Below, piece after piece: positions 61,746 to 64,000 of a stretch of DNA of 64,000 bases. Both the position numbers and the translations under genes were made by a program. The notes below the pieces were generated by a model. It was given only the letters and a program-made list of their open reading frames with translations. It had not been told where the DNA came from and searched no databases. This DNA comes from Lingula anatina (taxonomy: Eukaryota; Animalia; Brachiopoda), in NCBI GenBank assembly GCA_051362555.1, contig CM120643.1:26664848-26728847 (forward strand), written 5' to 3'. Positions within the stretch are counted from its first letter, which is position 1. Each line of letters opens with the position of its first letter.

Positions 61746-64000
61746 TATTACAATAGATAGCTTGGGTCCCTTATTTCATCCCGCACAACGCCAGCCCCCA
61801 AACATGGCCTCATCATCAAGCTTACATCAGCTTTTCAACAACGCTGAAGTTCATGGTGTACACGAAACTTTTGTTTGAGGGGCCTATTCGATCACCGACC
61901 ACCTTAAAGTTCACAGAGCACACCATGTAATCATTGTATGCATTAGAGCCCTCTCTGGCACCAATATGTCTGAATTATCAAGATTTTTTGAGAAGTTAAA
62001 GTATAAACGCCGATATGTCTTTTTCCGTTTTTTTTTATTCGCCCAATACTAAGGGAGTAGTTTGCTATCCGTATTATCTATAATTTATCACATTATACTC
62101 CATCGCGATATCATTTAGCTCACTTTTTTCATATCAGTTTATGGGACTACTGTAAAGCAGAATTAGGTAATTTCGTATAATAAAAAGGTACAGTTGCGTT
62201 CAAGAGTAACCAGATGTGAGCAATGGCGGATCGGGGCGGGGGGTGGGGGGGGGGGGGGGTGGGGGCACTGGCCGAAACAAAACAAAACCAAATAATTGTC
62301 TTTCCCTAGCTTGTGCTCTGAACATTACTCATAAAATTATACTGTTTTGTATATACCGTACGAAGCGATGTATTTTTTTATCCATGTGGACCCTCCCTCT
62401 TAACAAAATGCTGGATAAGGCAACGATGAATTACATCTATTCTACACGATTTGTGCCCTCCTTTATAGCTTTAACTCCGTTTGGAACTTTTTGATATTTC
62501 AATTCCTACAGATTTTGTTGTTCAGTAGTAAAATATGAGGTGCAAATACTTTGGTGGATCCATAAAAGAGACGTGAGGCAAGGTTTGGGGGGGGAGGGGG
62601 GCGGGAGCCTGTTTTTCAGATAAGTGCACTAAAAGTTCATATGCCACCAAGTGCCGCTTGTTTTCCGTTATTCGTGCTTTGATACATTAAACTCTTTTCA
62701 ACATGCGTAAATCTTTTTTTAAACACAGTGCATTTTGTATATTGATATATCGTTACCAGAAGATTATAGTATTTCCCAGGTATCTGAATAATTTATAGAT
62801 TACTGTAATATTAGAAGAATACTATAGTATTTTTCACGTGGGAAGCAGAATAACATATTCCTTCGACACAAAAGCCCGGAAATTAAAGACCTAGATTGCT
62901 GTATTTCTAATTATATCAACTTTCACATGAATTTTTTGACATGAATAATGCTGAATGAAGCAATCCCAATCAATACGGTACAAAGCATTGTACGTAGCCT
63001 ACATTCAGACTCTTCTGTGTGAAGCCGTCTGGTGCGACCTGAATAAACAGATTGATATTTGTTCTCGTGCATCTAGATATAAATGAACTTAAGTGTTATC
63101 TCTCTGCCGTGGGGTCCTTGCCCGAAGACCTTGCCCCTAAAGATGAAGATACCTTTGTGAATTAGTCTCAAATATGCCTCGATTTGCTGGGATCCGTACT
63201 AATACCGACACGCCAGTGGTCGTGCTAAAAATAGAACAAGATTAAATATAGTTCAACAAGGGTTGTGTAGCGAGCAGTCGTAAGTTACACTTAACACACA
63301 TCTGACTCATAAAAATTTATTGCAACGCTGGTCCTAAACAAATGGACGTTATCAGGCACACGGAGAGAGGCTCAGACTATTTTTCGGTGTGTGACGATTG
63401 TGTTAGACTTGCGAGCAGAGAGGAACATACCGGTCGTGAGAGGTAAACAATGGGATACTCTAAACACAGTGACGCCGTGTGACTGGTATTTTATGGGCTA
63501 ATATAAACTAGGTCAAGCTGAAAACACCTTGGAGTGAGATGTGATGCCGTTGTCATATAAGGGCGTTTGCGAGCAACGTGAATCTGTATCTGCACCCTGA
63601 AATTTGCAGGCAGGGCGTGGAACACGAAGTACGACTGCCAGTATAACAAGTACAACTCCGACAAGCTGAGGTGACATTGGTTTTCACTACACGGGTGTGT
63701 GTGCGTGCAAGCAAAATAGGTTCAAATTAACAGCGTCATACGTCTTGCGCTTTGACATTAGACACGGCTACATAGCATACATGTAATTATCAGCATATTA
63801 TAGAAGGCGCCAGTGTTTTAGAGGCACTGTGGACCTACATGTACTTCAGTGAATACCCGGTAGATGTAGGCCTACACACTGCTTATTACAGCAAGATAGA
63901 GACAGCTGTGGGAGGTTTACGTGTAGAAAACTGAAAAAAATGACAGGCGACGACGACGCACCACTGACAGCGAGCAATGGGGGCAACTTCGCCCCGTCCC

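Noticed and set aside
61200-64000. Start of another gene or RNA gene at the window end
   Set aside because: Only MITE fragments (~62220-62425, ~63960 onward) and unclassified sequence; no supportable exon or tRNA fold.

Overview
AT-rich, intron-rich animal DNA, probably a mollusc or other lophotrochozoan (inferred from gene and repeat families, not proven). Most ORFs in the track are spurious, so genes were rebuilt by hand from splice signals and exon phase. Contents: (1) the 3' 13 exons of prolidase PEPD (+, 3273-9421); (2) a rhodopsin-family peptide GPCR (-, 15641-~17146); (3) a head-to-head pair of related secreted cysteine-rich genes about 1.1 kb apart, a short SP-VWC-VWC-ShKT-FN2-ShKT gene (-, 28811-33963, ~355 aa) and a long SP-NIDO-IPT-EGFx5-VWC-VWC-ShKT-FN2-ShKT-VWC gene (+, 35068-47209, ~1040 aa), which share nine exons one-for-one; (4) a secreted globular C1q-domain gene (-, 48548-50630); (5) an M14A carboxypeptidase (+, 55047-61154) with a furin-type site, a two-Cys insertion and a GC-AG intron. 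Also present are a decayed Tc1 transposon and many non-autonomous DNA elements (Harbinger-, Kolobok-, Helentron- and possibly Crypton-like). The paralog pair is the most unusual feature. No rRNA, tRNA, CRISPR or prokaryotic system was seen.
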